The position numbers and the translations under genes were made by a program. A stretch of 63,862 nt of DNA, the filler included, from Octopus bimaculoides (Eukaryota), in the NCBI RefSeq assembly GCF_001194135.2. It is 5 parts of 5 records of this genome, joined end to end, with 100 filler letters (N's around TTAATTAATTAA, not from the genome) between each part and the next. Parts side by side here need not be neighbours in the genome. Positions count along the whole stretch, not along the records: positions 61,636 to 63,862 come from NW_026305715.1; 4 more parts are not named here. One strand, 5' to 3'. Below, piece by piece: positions 63,438-63,862 of this stretch (the stretch's first letter is position 1; each line of letters starts with the position of its first letter). Under the pieces are notes generated by a model that did not search any database, was not told the DNA's origin, and was given only the letters and a program-made list of their open reading frames with translations.

Positions 63438-63862
63438 TATACGCGCGTTTGCCTCTCTCTTTGTGAGTTTTACATATGCATGTGTGTATATGAATACTAA
63501 GTCATGTGATCACATAAAGAACAATAGCGAACAAAGAATCTACAACTTCTCTGTCTATGGTTGTGAATATTTGTTAGTTGAATTTTGTTTTGAATGTTAT
63601 TGTCACGTGATCCTCCGTATTGGAAATATTAAAGAACCAGTCGCAACATGAGCATGTGCTCCTGTCTTGTCAGTATTAGTTGGCTGTGAACTTCGACAAC
63701 TGCCGCCACCGGTATCAGCTTATATATAGCATCAGACAAATAATAACATCTACAGCAAAAGATACATACATACATACATACATACATAAACACACACACA
63801 CATACATAAACAAAAACACTGGTAAGTAAACAAACAGCAACAATTATATTAAAGAAAATACG

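Overview
AT-rich, microsatellite-dense, gapped animal genomic DNA. The tRNA-derived SINE families and the TTAATTAATTAA linkers inside N-gaps suggest an octopus draft assembly; this is an inference, not a database match. Most of the window is repeat-derived. It holds three recurrent tRNA-head SINE families (called A, B and C here), LINE fragments (RTE, R4/Dong-like, Hero-like), a Penelope-like RT interrupted by an RTE, a decayed Helitron helicase and several MITEs. One spliced protein-coding gene is well supported on the minus strand. Three phase-compatible exons at 40098-40189, 39064-39164 and 38143-38242 have canonical splice sites, with probable further exons at about 45514 and 35110. The gene sits in a CpG-depleted block of about 34-46 kb, and I cannot name its product. 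Weaker exon candidates lie on the plus strand in the first 14 kb. The most notable non-coding structures are two minimal type-I hammerhead ribozyme motifs at 58550-58633 (+, canonical core) and 59044-59088 (-, U3/A8 covariant core inside a 215-bp palindrome), and a 71-nt pre-miRNA-sized hairpin in a SINE at 28499-28569. Nearly all ORF-track entries are microsatellite or N-gap artefacts.
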